A stretch of DNA of 63,868 nt, filler included, from Cladosporium halotolerans (lineage: Eukaryota): NCBI RefSeq assembly GCF_011745625.1. It is 4 parts of 4 records of this genome, joined end to end, with 100 filler letters (N's around TTAATTAATTAA, not from the genome) between each part and the next. Parts side by side here need not be neighbours in the genome. Positions count along the whole stretch, not along the records: positions 34,959 to 51,656 come from NW_027191555.1; positions 51,757 to 63,868 come from NW_027191576.1; 2 more parts are not named here. One strand, given 5' to 3'. Position 1 is the stretch's first letter; each line of letters opens with the position of its first letter. A program made the translations under genes and the position numbers. The notes beneath the pieces are model-generated. The model was not told the origin of the DNA. It worked only from the letters and a program-made list of their open reading frames with translations, and ran no database searches. Shown in pieces: positions 49,736 through 60,100 of this stretch.

Positions 49736-51042
49736 CGTGAAAACGGTTCAACGGTTCGAAAGTAGACGTGGTGCGAAGCCCAAGGCAAGTGAGGCCCGCC
49801 AGCAAGGGAACTCAAGAAGAAAGACGCAAAAAAGCGTCAGAGAGGATGTAATGGTGGAAAGATGAAGAGATAGTGGGAGAAGAGGAAGGTCGAAGGTTGA
49901 GGCTTTGCCCTGGAACAAGCAAAGCTGCGTCTTGGCGGGTCTTGGCTCACTCTTGGCGCGATATGGAATGGACTCGTTTCCCCAGCCTTGCCGCCCGGCC
50001 TTGCCGGCGCATAGGTCCAGGAGGTCCTTCGGCCTACGCACCGCTTCATCCTGCTGCCAGAGGCTGGCGACAGCCACACAGCCGTTCGCCCTGGGCACCA
50101 ATCGTGTTGCACAAGACCCACCGAGCGCAGGCGAAAGGCGGGATCGGGTCGGGTTTTGCGACGTGCGACCCCCCTCGACCAGCGTGGGAGAACTCCGGGT
50201 GCTGGCCTCCCTGTCGATCCTGTATCTCGTTCATCGAAGCGCGTGTTTGTTGGTTCAGCCATTATGTTCTATGGTCTTCGAATGTTGTCACGAGTCGCCT
50301 CAAAAAGTTGTAGCCCTGCGTTCTACAGTATGCGTTCTACCCTTTTTTGCTGTCCCTCGAAGCTGCGCTGCGCCATCGCCACTCTCCCTATGATGCTGTG
50401 CTCATCGCAAGCACCAACCCATTGACCAAGATCGAAACAATTTGTAGCAATATCATGAATTTGCCTTGAGACGTGCTCTTTGGATACTCGCATGACAATA
50501 CTTTAACGTCAAAGCGTACTTCGATAGATGTAAATCTCACCGTATCATGAAAACACCAGAGTCCAAAGCAAGACCCCAAAGGATTCAGGAGGTGGTATGG
50601 AGGTGCCAGATTATTCGGCGCCACATGCGGACAGATAGACAGAAAGTCGCAATGCCAAGCGTTTCACGCGAGGCTTCGTAATTACTGTGTCTATTGGTAT
50701 CACGTGCGCATTATATGAGTTGTTGAGGTTGGTTCTGTCGCCAGTGCCGGATACACAATCATTACCGTGCACAAGTAGACCCGTCGCCGGCCGAGACGCA
50801 GTGATGGAAGAACCCTGAATCATCTATAGGCTTCGCCAAAGCGGAACTCCCTGGTATCACGTGCTAAGTTACCATCGTCTTTAGGAAGAAGTGCCAAGAG
50901 ATAGAGTAATCACGGAGACCCTCCGATTCTCCGAAAGTTTTGGGATTGCCAAGCTCAACTTGATTCTCACTGGTTTTGAAATATAACTGGAAGGAGTGAA
51001 AGGCAGGAACATACTGTACATTGACGACGAAGCTTTGCACTT

Positions 51043-51600
51043 CTACTGCGCGTCCACGTGGATGTACACGTCGTCTCTGAAATGGTTGCCGCCTCCTGCC
51101 ATCTTACACCTCTTGGCCAATTCTACATAAACCGCTCTGCAAACCTTGCCTCTCACTGTCTCATCGAAATCCTTGCTTTGCCAGGTGATTTTCAAGAGGT
51201 CTTTTGCCCTTCGCACAGTAGAGGCCTGTGCATCCCTAACCTCATAGATGAAGCCCGCAAGCTTCCTTTCATGTTCACCCTGAAGACCCTCTATTGGTGC
51301 CAGATCTGGCGAATTACCTGGATGGTGTACAAACATGATACCTTGCTGTTGAATCTCGGGCTGCAATAGCTGTCTGGCTTTCAGATGGGGACCATGGTTA
51401 TCTTCCTGTATCACCACTCTCCTGCCTGGGTTGCGTCTACATATCTCGCGATAATAAGGAAACAAGAGCTTCCTGTACACTTCAAAGGCATACCACACAA
51501 AATTGAGCTTCTTGGTCCCTTCCTTTGGATCATGGTGCTGGTAGGGAAAGAGACGTTCTGTTGGTCATTTTCTGATCAGTAGCATCGTACGCAAGATCAT
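51043..51600 (-). mobile_element. Tc1/mariner DDE transposase C-terminal fragment
   Basis: IQEDNHGPH...HPGNSPDLAPIE supplies the second D and the E of the Tc1-type catalytic triad. N-terminus lost at the contig end. Confidence 0.88.
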
Positions 51601-51656
51601 TCCCATACATTCTCTACATATTGGAGGTAAGGACTGTATATATGTAGCCAACCTGA

Positions 51657-51756
51657 NNNNNNNNNNNNNNNNNNNNNNNNNNNNNNNNNNNNNNNNNNNN
51701 TTAATTAATTAANNNNNNNNNNNNNNNNNNNNNNNNNNNNNNNNNNNNNNNNNNNN
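51657..51756. other. Artificial contig linker
   Basis: 44 N + TTAATTAATTAA + 44 N. Confidence 0.97.
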
Positions 51757-52294
51757 GCCACACAAGGCGTACTTGACGATCTCAATTCTGTAATAGCTGC
51801 ATCCATAGCTACTCGGGTGACGGAGATATACGATGATGAAGCCATCTGTTGACCGCCGCGTCGCGTGAGCGCGCGGTGGGTCTGTGCGCACGGTGGGGCA
51901 GACTTCTAACCCTAAGAATTTCGGAAATGACCACGATTCCTTTGCTGACGTTGACCATGATTCCTTTGCTTTAATGTCTATCGAATTCGCTGGAACTTAG
52001 TAGCTGACCAGAAACAGAACAGGACGCTTTGCATGCCAATTTACAGCTATATAGAGACCATATAGCAGTGTGTATCAGTTGCGACATCTCGGTGTAAGGG
52101 GCAGAGGGGCGCTGCTTATGCGAGGGTTATTCCCCACAAAGCATTGATCCAGCGTCAGGGCTACAGAACACTTCACCAATTGATCAAAGCAGCAGGCGCA
52201 ACCATAATAAAAGCGAAACAAACCTAGTTATGCAGGCCTATCATTCATCTTATAAAGTAGTATGCCAGTACAATTTTTTCGTAGTCCTGACTGA

Positions 52295-52570
52295 GAGGAT
52301 ATGTGCCTTTCACTGAGAGGAACGTCCGAAACGGGTTTAGCGTGTCCAAAACAAAGCGCTCTACCGGTCAAAGGAAACGACGAAAGGAGACGGTAGAAAC
52401 CACGACGTAGCATGCCGATAGGGAGACGAATGAAAGAAGTGAAAGAAGTAAGACTATACGTATGGATATACGGGAGCTTATAGGGCCGTAAAGGGCGTGT
52501 TCGTACACGTTTGCCCGCCCGACCTGATGGCTCTTCCCTGGCAGATCCAACCCTAACCCTGACCTGCATC
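52295..52570. repeat. Copy 1 of a diverged ~275-bp direct repeat with a telomere-like box
   Basis: CCTTTCAC(52306)...CGTCCGAAA...GTTTAGCGTGTCC...AAAGG arrays...AACCCTAACCCTGA(52549). Confidence 0.75.
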
Positions 52571-54692
52571 GCCTAAAACTAGCATGACAGATAGCATACC
52601 CTGCGAACAGATGCCGGAAGCGCGTCGTCAACATAAGTGCACCTTGCGCGTAACGGTACACGTTCCTCGTGCGCGCGCCAAACCCTGCCTAGCGTACCAA
52701 GAATTCTAGAACCGAAAAGTTGTCCGGGCGAATGGGCTCGTCAAGCGCGTCACGCGTGTAGATTCGGGAGTTCGCCACGGCCATGTCAGCCGGCAGCCGG
52801 GCCTCAGCCAATCAAATGACAGGGACTGTCGAACAGGCATGTGGAGTCGACTGGGATGCGCAGATGACAGGGAAGCCTTAGCGGGAGCAAAGCGAGTCAA
52901 ATGCGACGTCGGCTCTTGTCTCCCTCAGGGTTTACGGGCATCAAAGTATCAAAGTGAGGCCGCAAGCCCAAAATTTCGAGGAAGCCCGCCAAAATCATTC
53001 CGGCCAAGGAGAAAGCCGAAGTCCAGAGGCGTCTGTGGGAGGTTGAGGAGAACGGGCGTTGAATTGCTCTCTGGTGAAGTGTCAGACCGACGCGGTCGCA
53101 ATCCTTCAGCGGAGGCACTGGCCGGTTCGATGCCGACAGCATCTTCGGTAGACGGATCAGCGAGGCATCGCGTGGCCAAGGGAAACTTGCTCTGTCTGGA
53201 GAGCTTGGGACGAGTGGGATGGCCAGCGCCCTCAGGCATGAGCGGTCAGGGATTTGTATAGGCGAAAGGGCTGGTCGCCGCCTCCGCACCCACAGCAATA
53301 CTTTGACCCGGGTACTCGCAGGTACGGCGGCTTCCTGGGCAGCGACTGCCTTTCTGGTAGATGGGGACGAGAAAGCTTCAACTGCGTGCTCCGCAGAGTA
53401 GCCTTGCCGTTCCGCTCGGACGGTATCCTGGGCGACCAGCGAGGGCATGTTGGCGTTCCTTTGTCGGCAGAGGGTAAATGGTGAGGAGACAGGCCGAGCA
53501 TCAGGGGGGAGTTACTGGCTGTCAAGTATTTGAGCGAGCGTCTGCAGAAGCGAGCGTCGAGCGAATTGAAGGAGTCCCAAGGCTGCTGTGGCTCGATAGG
53601 CGGCCCCAGAACAGGCGCATCGCTACAATGCACGGCGCATGCGTACGGCGTCAGGAGGAGTCACCAAGGCTCACAGCAGACCTCACCGGACCGTCGGCGT
53701 GGCCGCAGATTGCAGGCACTGTGTCAAGAAGCAAGGCTCTGCCGAGAAGCGAGCCGATCGCAAAGAGAAAGGCGCAGACGTGCAGAACTGAGTAAGAGCC
53801 AACGCGACCGTGCTACCGCGGTGTACAGACCATCGTCAGAGACGGCGGCAAGAGGAGCGACGGGAGGGGCTGAAGAAACCACGGGACCGCTTGGGATGCC
53901 ATGCAATGCAATGCACGGGATGGGCATCAGGCTGGTGGGCGCGACGGGGGGGATGGCGGGGTTCTAAGCGCGCTGTGCGCGATTCGTGGCTTACAGCGAA
54001 TGGGCAGCAAGCACATCTGTTGCAGCAAGCAGACTGGATAGAGATCCCGCCCACGCGTATCGGACCGGAACAACGTCATTCGCGCGGTGTCGATTGGCCC
54101 GCGCGAAAACGAGGAGGATGAGCTCGGGCAGTCTTTGAGCGCCTTCAAAAGTGTATGAACTGGTTCGCTCTTGTCGTGCAAGATCGTGTCCCGGCGGTCT
54201 GGTACACCACGGCGGTCTAGCGTTCGGTTACTTCCGGGTTCCCGTTGTCCACTTGCGCACTTGCGTACTTGCGTACTTGCGCACCTCTCAATGAGTACCG
54301 CCCAAGCCGTGGATCTGCACAAGTTCTGTAAGTTATATTCGATACGCCGGAGGCGTCCCTGGAGGCCGTCTACCACCAGGCCCCACGACAGCGAAGATGC
54401 AGTGAGGACGGCATGAAGCTTGAGAAGATAGTGGAGAATCATGTCGGAATACTTGATCAGAGTGAGTGTAGATTAGGCGGACCTTTTGTTGGAAGAGCTA
54501 TGAGCAAAACGTGATTTTCGCAATCAACGCTCGATGTACAACGCCGCAGACCGGTCGAGAGCATCGAACCTTGGAAATCGCAAGATTCCCAAGTAAGAAC
54601 GGCCAGTGGCCAGCAAAGTCGCATGTAGCCACGCCAAAATCGAAGGGTATTTGAAGGAGTCCTGTTTCCGTTATTCTGCATGGGCTGGTTGT

Positions 54693-54970
54693 GGAGATAT
54701 CGTCCTTTCACCGAAAGATGCGTCCGAAAGCAGTTTAGCGTGTCCCAAAAACAAGCGTTTGTACAGTGAAAGGTAACGGTGAAAGGTAACGGTGGAAGGA
54801 TGTTATCAGGAAGATGATATTTTGCGACTTTGAGAATTTATAGCAGAATGGTAAGAGTCTTACGAAGCTAGACAAACGCGAAATACATAATACAGAACAC
54901 AGATTTTGATGCAGTGCAGCAAGCAGACGACATTTTCGAGGCGTTTGAACCCTAACCCTGAAATGCTTCC
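54693..54970. repeat. Copy 2 of the diverged ~275-bp direct repeat
   Basis: CCTTTCAC(54704)...CGTCCGAAA...GTTTAGCGTGTCC...AACCCTAACCCTGA(54948). Offsets from copy 1 are 2398 and 2399 bp. Confidence 0.75.
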
Positions 54971-55019
54971 TGATGGAAGCTATCCAATACTCAGATTATA
55001 CTCATGATTTTACGCATCG

Positions 55020-56639
55020 TCAAGCCTCGTCTGACGAATCCTCGACAAACAGAGAGGTATGCTTTCGGATCAGGCCGCGCTTGGGCGGTGATATTCCACC
55101 GATTTGACTGACTTCAACATTACCGTCGCCATAACGGTGATTGGAGATCTTCTCTAGATCCTCCGCACATGGGAGGAGGACATTTTCAAGAATCTTGAAC
55201 GCCCGCAGTGCCTTTGGACGACATAAGTCGCAGCAACGGTGATCGGCGTTGGAATCCTCGTCAAGGGAAGGCATGTCGCGGAAGGCATCGATAAACTTGT
55301 GTAAGAGCAAGGCGACACCAGGCCCGTCGCAGGTGGGCGAAGGCTTTAGTTTCCCGCGGACGGACTGAGACTGTGGTTGCGGCGGTATGGATGCGGCTTG
55401 GCCCGCCGTTGGAGATTGCTGCGTCAGGCCAAGGAGATCTGAGGACTGGGGCCCCGACGATGTGATCTCGACCGGCTTACGGATGAGAGCGTTGCGTGCC
55501 CTCTTCACCATCTCCGTCCCGCCAGTCACTACTCGCCAACCGTCGTCATCATCCCCTCCACCCTCATCGCCTGACGAATTCACCACAGCTGCTTCAGAAG
55601 CATTTCGCTTACGCTTTCTTGGCGTCTTGTAAGGGCGTGCCGCGGAGTAGTCCGGCTTTTTGGAAGGAGGTGAGATAGGCGGGAAGGCGGGGACAAGTTC
55701 CACTCTGAGCCGGTCATGTTTGGGGCTATCGGGAATTGCAGACTGACGAGCGTGTTGGGTGTCAGAGTCGTCACTCGGATCTCTCTCGTTAAGCGAGCGC
55801 ACGTCGTCCAGAATGATGTAACGCGAGCGCGGCAAGCTAATTCGATGCTCGCGTCGAGCGTCTTCGTCGGTGCGACGTCGCATCGACCGGGTCCAGTGAT
55901 CCATGGCTCTCTCGAGAGAATAGCCGCGTCGGGCGTTTGTTGTCATCTGCGAGAGCAAACGCTTGGAACACTCCTCGGCTCGAACCCATCGGGGATCACG
56001 GAGCTCGGTTGGGATCTTCTCGAACCAGTCCGATCCCCATGCGTCTTCGAGGACTTTCAGACTTCTTTGTTTCGACAGATCTGCAGAAGATCCAATGACA
56101 ATGTTTGCCTTCACATAGTCAGAGTTGTCGAGGGTGTCGAGGAAGGTTTCCGCGGAGGTAACTTTGGGGTCTGGATGGCCTTTCCACAAAGAGTGTGCTT
56201 GAACGTAGCGGTAGACCAGAGCGGATGTGAGAGCGGCCTGCTCGGTGGAGTCTGCCAACTCCTCCAACACGATGGACGCGGCACGATGGCCAGCCAAAGC
56301 CTTGTCCCGTCCATTCAGGCACTCCAAGATGGAGCAGTCCGGCTGCGCGGTGCGGAAGCGTCGAGAGAGCTGATCTTCGATGTCGCGTAGCGGAATAAGA
56401 TCCAGTCGGGCCTGCAAATCTCCCGCATCAGCTCGCGCCCGCCGCTCCGTCTGAGATCTCGTGTCTTGTAGCGTCTCATGACGTGGGACTATCGCGCCAG
56501 CGGTCGCCAAGCGAGGTGAAGACTGTGAAGTAGTTGCGGTCGGCGTCGCAGCGGCGCCTGGAGGTGCTGGTTCGCGAAGTGTGGGGCGGAAGCGTGAAAG
56601 CAAATTATCCACGGGGCTGGTCTTGCTCAGGCCAACCAT
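55020..56639 (-). CDS. Hypothetical protein (539 aa), likely nuclear
   Basis: Long intronless ORF with an ordered helical core (ALTSALVYRYVQAHSLWKGHPDP), NLS-like RKRKR and C-terminal HRCCDLC. Divergent from the helicase gene. Confidence 0.75.
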   Translation of the reverse strand: MVGLSKTSPVDNLLSRFRPTLREPAPPGAAATPTATTSQSSPRLATAGAIVPRHETLQDTRSQTERRARADAGDLQARLDLIPLRDIEDQLSRRFRTAQPDCSILECLNGRDKALAGHRAASIVLEELADSTEQAALTSALVYRYVQAHSLWKGHPDPKVTSAETFLDTLDNSDYVKANIVIGSSADLSKQRSLKVLEDAWGSDWFEKIPTELRDPRWVRAEECSKRLLSQMTTNARRGYSLERAMDHWTRSMRRRTDEDARREHRISLPRSRYIILDDVRSLNERDPSDDSDTQHARQSAIPDSPKHDRLRVELVPAFPPISPPSKKPDYSAARPYKTPRKRKRNASEAAVVNSSGDEGGGDDDDGWRVVTGGTEMVKRARNALIRKPVEITSSGPQSSDLLGLTQQSPTAGQAASIPPQPQSQSVRGKLKPSPTCDGPGVALLLHKFIDAFRDMPSLDEDSNADHRCCDLCRPKALRAFKILENVLLPCAEDLEKISNHRYGDGNVEVSQIGGISPPKRGLIRKHTSLFVEDSSDEA

Positions 56640-57114
56640 ACTGTAATCGGAAGTAATGTGGCCGGTCTATGGTGGGTAAAAGCGCAAAAGTGTTGGTGCG
56701 CGGAAAAGCGTGTTTCTCCGCAGTCTGACACGTACGCGCCCGCAGGGCGTGTAAGGGGCTCGTGATGCCAAGGCTGGACGTCGATCCGGACTTGGCGATG
56801 TTCAATGCGTGTGTACAGCCACGTCGACTACTGTGAGGTGTTCGGTGAGGTTTGTGTAAGATCCGAGAGCGGTGGAAAATATGTGCGCACGAAAAATCAA
56901 GCCGTCGCGGGCGGATGGTCGATGTGATGGGCGGTGCAGTTTGACCCATGTCATGATACGCAAGCTACCGCCCCCGGTCGGCGCCATCACTATCACACGC
57001 GCGACTTTCGCGGCGTGACGTAAACAACACGTCGCGCACCACCCCGGCACAAAAAGCTGTTGTTTCGAAGCTTCACACTGAGACATACCGATCACGACGT
57101 TAGCTTGGGCAAAC

Positions 57115-60100
57115 ATGGAGATCGTCTGGTCTCCACCACACAGCCAGGAAGCGACGGCGATAGGGAATTTCCGGTATCTCCCCGAGTATGAGCTGATCGT
57201 TTGCAGGGAACACGCATACGCCGTCCGAAATCTAGATCGACATCTGTTGGACTATCACGTCTACTCGCGAAACGTCCGAAAAGCCGTCTCGCAACGTTTC
57301 GACGGTCTACCGCGGGCTGCACCGGAGAAGGCTTCACTGCCGAAGGCTTACGGACCCCCCATCGAGGGACGGTCTCCTCCCAGGAAGGGATTCGCATGCG
57401 ACGAAGCAAATTGTGGCTGGATAAGCACCCGACGGGCGAAAATCGCGGAACACTGTAAAGCACACGGGTGGAAGTCGAGGCCAGGCGATAGAGAGCATTG
57501 GGCTGACGTGTGGGTCCAATCGTTCTGCTTGACACCTGGAAAACAACGATGGTTCGTCATCCGCGTCGAGGAAGGGGAGACCACGGCAGATGCAGCGCCC
57601 ATGCCCGAAGACGTGCTGGCGCAAAAGAAAGAGATCTTGCGAGACTTCGGCGCACAACGCGCCGAGAGGAAGGCACATCTCGAAGTCATGGATGCCGAGA
57701 TTGCAAAGACAGATCAAACGGGTTGGTGGAAGCGAACGGACTGGGTGACACATCTCGGCAACAGCAACTTGAAGCATCTCGCCCATGCCGCCAGGCTACC
57801 AGGCAGAGATGAGCCCGGGCTGAAGAAGATCGGCGACGCGGTCGATCAAATGATCGAAGATTGTGTCAAGGGGCTGGCATCACTTCCGCAAGAGATTCGC
57901 CGCTGGTTGAAGAGCGCTAAGATGGAGGAGGTGGACCCACGTCCGATGGGCCGCTTGCAGAACCAGGACAGTCAAGACCGATACGCGAATTACTGGAAGC
58001 GATTGATCTGCTATTCGCTGCGGGTCGTTAAGAGCGAACAGCAGCGGCAGGTTGGTGATCCGTCACGGGCAGAGAATGAGACAGACAGCGGAAGCGAAGA
58101 GGAGGAGGAGGAGGAGGAGGAGGAGGATCAACACGCCGAAGACCATGATTCGATCGACGAGGAAGACGAGGAAGAACACGATACGATCGAGGAGGACAAC
58201 GGCGACACGTCCAACCCCATCGTTCTTCGGGACAAACTGAAGGATGCCCGTCGACTTTTCCCATGGAGAGATGGACAGAAAGAGCAAGCCAGACAATTGC
58301 TGTAAGATGTCGAGTCAGGCGGTGGCGTCACGCCAGGAGCGATCTTGGGCTTCAGCATGACATTCATCTTCCACAAGGTATATCACAAGCCGTTCGAGAG
58401 CCCAATGCTACACTTCATGGCCGTTCTCGGCATCGACGAGGAAAACAATCGACTGAAAGAAGCGAACGACTACTCTTACATGCTCGCAGGGTTGGTCTAT
58501 TGCACCCGAGTGATCGGCTTGGAAATCTTGCTGCCGTCAAAGAGCAGGACCCGGCAAGCAGATGCCGAGTACGAGTCATTTCTACAACAGCGAAAGCAGT
58601 TTCTGGCCGACGGGTCCATGAGCGTGGCGAGCAACATGATCAGTCTGCTGGCGTACAGCAAACACATCGCTCTGAACCACGGCAACGCAGGCTCCGTCTT
58701 CTGGATACAAGAAGGCCGAATAATGAAGCTGCACGGCGCCCAGATTGTCATGGAGAAGTTCAAATGGATGATCGGACAAGCGATCGGCGACGCTGAAGAT
58801 CTCTTTTGGCAGAGACTCATGTGGACGACGAATTCGTCCGGTCGATTGGTCATCGACATTGACAATCTCACCGACGACATCACGTTCCGCAGACGAGACG
58901 CTTATTTCGTCGACAACAAGCACAACCGTCTGGCGTCGAAGTGGGAGGACGTCACGATGGACAGGCTGCTCATGTCTAGGCACGGAAAGAAGATGTATCG
59001 CGACGGAAAGTGGCACACACGAATGGTGCGCGAGTATCTACGCGAAGTGGACAAATTCCGGAAGTTGCTTCTGTTCTGCGTTCACGTCACCGGCGGACAG
59101 CCGGCGCGAGGAACCGAAATACTGTCATTCAGGTTCAAAAACGGCTGTGTCCGAGACCGCAACATCTTCATTCTGGACGGGCATGTGATGGCGGTGACTT
59201 TCTACAACAAGACCGAGTCCGAATGGGACATCCCCAAGGTCGTCCCGCGCTTCTTGCCGTGGCGCGTTGGTCAGCTGCTGTCTCTGTATCTGGTCTACGT
59301 GCAGCCGCTCGCCGAATCAATCTCCGTCAAGACGGGCATCGGCTTCGGCTGGAGCGAGTACATCTGGGCTGACAACAAAGGACCGTGGGAGACGCCGAAG
59401 TTAACCAGCATTCTGCGGCAGAGAAGCGCCGAGGGCATCGGACACGCACTGGGCACGCTGCAATTCAGACACGCCGCCGTCGGCATTGGCAGGCAATTCG
59501 TCGGCGACAAATTCGGGGACGGCTACAAAGACGAGACCGGTGAAGTCGAGGAGCCCGAAGTCGAAGAAGAAGAAGATCCGCTGGAGATTTCGGCTGGCAG
59601 AGGATCGGCCGTTGGAGCAAAGAGGTACGCCGTCCGGAGCGACATCGTCAGGCATCTCAGTCAGCGAAACATCGACACTTTCAGGCCGCTGAGTGAGTCG
59701 TGGCATCGCTTCTTGGGGCTACAGAGTCGGAAGGGAGGAGTGCAAGTGAGGGCTCAGAAACGCAAGGGGGGGGAAATGGAGACCCCGGTGGCGAAGAAGG
59801 CGAACATCTCTTGGACAGGCGGCTTGATGACGCCGGCTACGACGTCCCGAAGTGTCGCAACTTCGACACCAAAGGCACCGGCGACCCCGTTTACCGCCGT
59901 GAGCGACTCAAGGGGAAGTGCGATCGTGCAGTCATCGCCGTTGCAGAGATTCGACATTGCTGCAGCCCCGTCGAGCCCGACGATTGCGTCGAGTCCGACA
60001 AGGCCGTCAAAGCCGGGCAGAATGAGGATCGGTCTCGACGAGCGAGAGAAAGCCGTCCGGAAAGCTCTTGGTTTGGCGCAGACGACAGCGGTGGCATACA

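Noticed and set aside
52600..54690. Gene between the two 275-bp repeats
   Set aside because: Only fragmentary minus-strand ORFs are present, and I could not build a consistent spliced model or assign a family.
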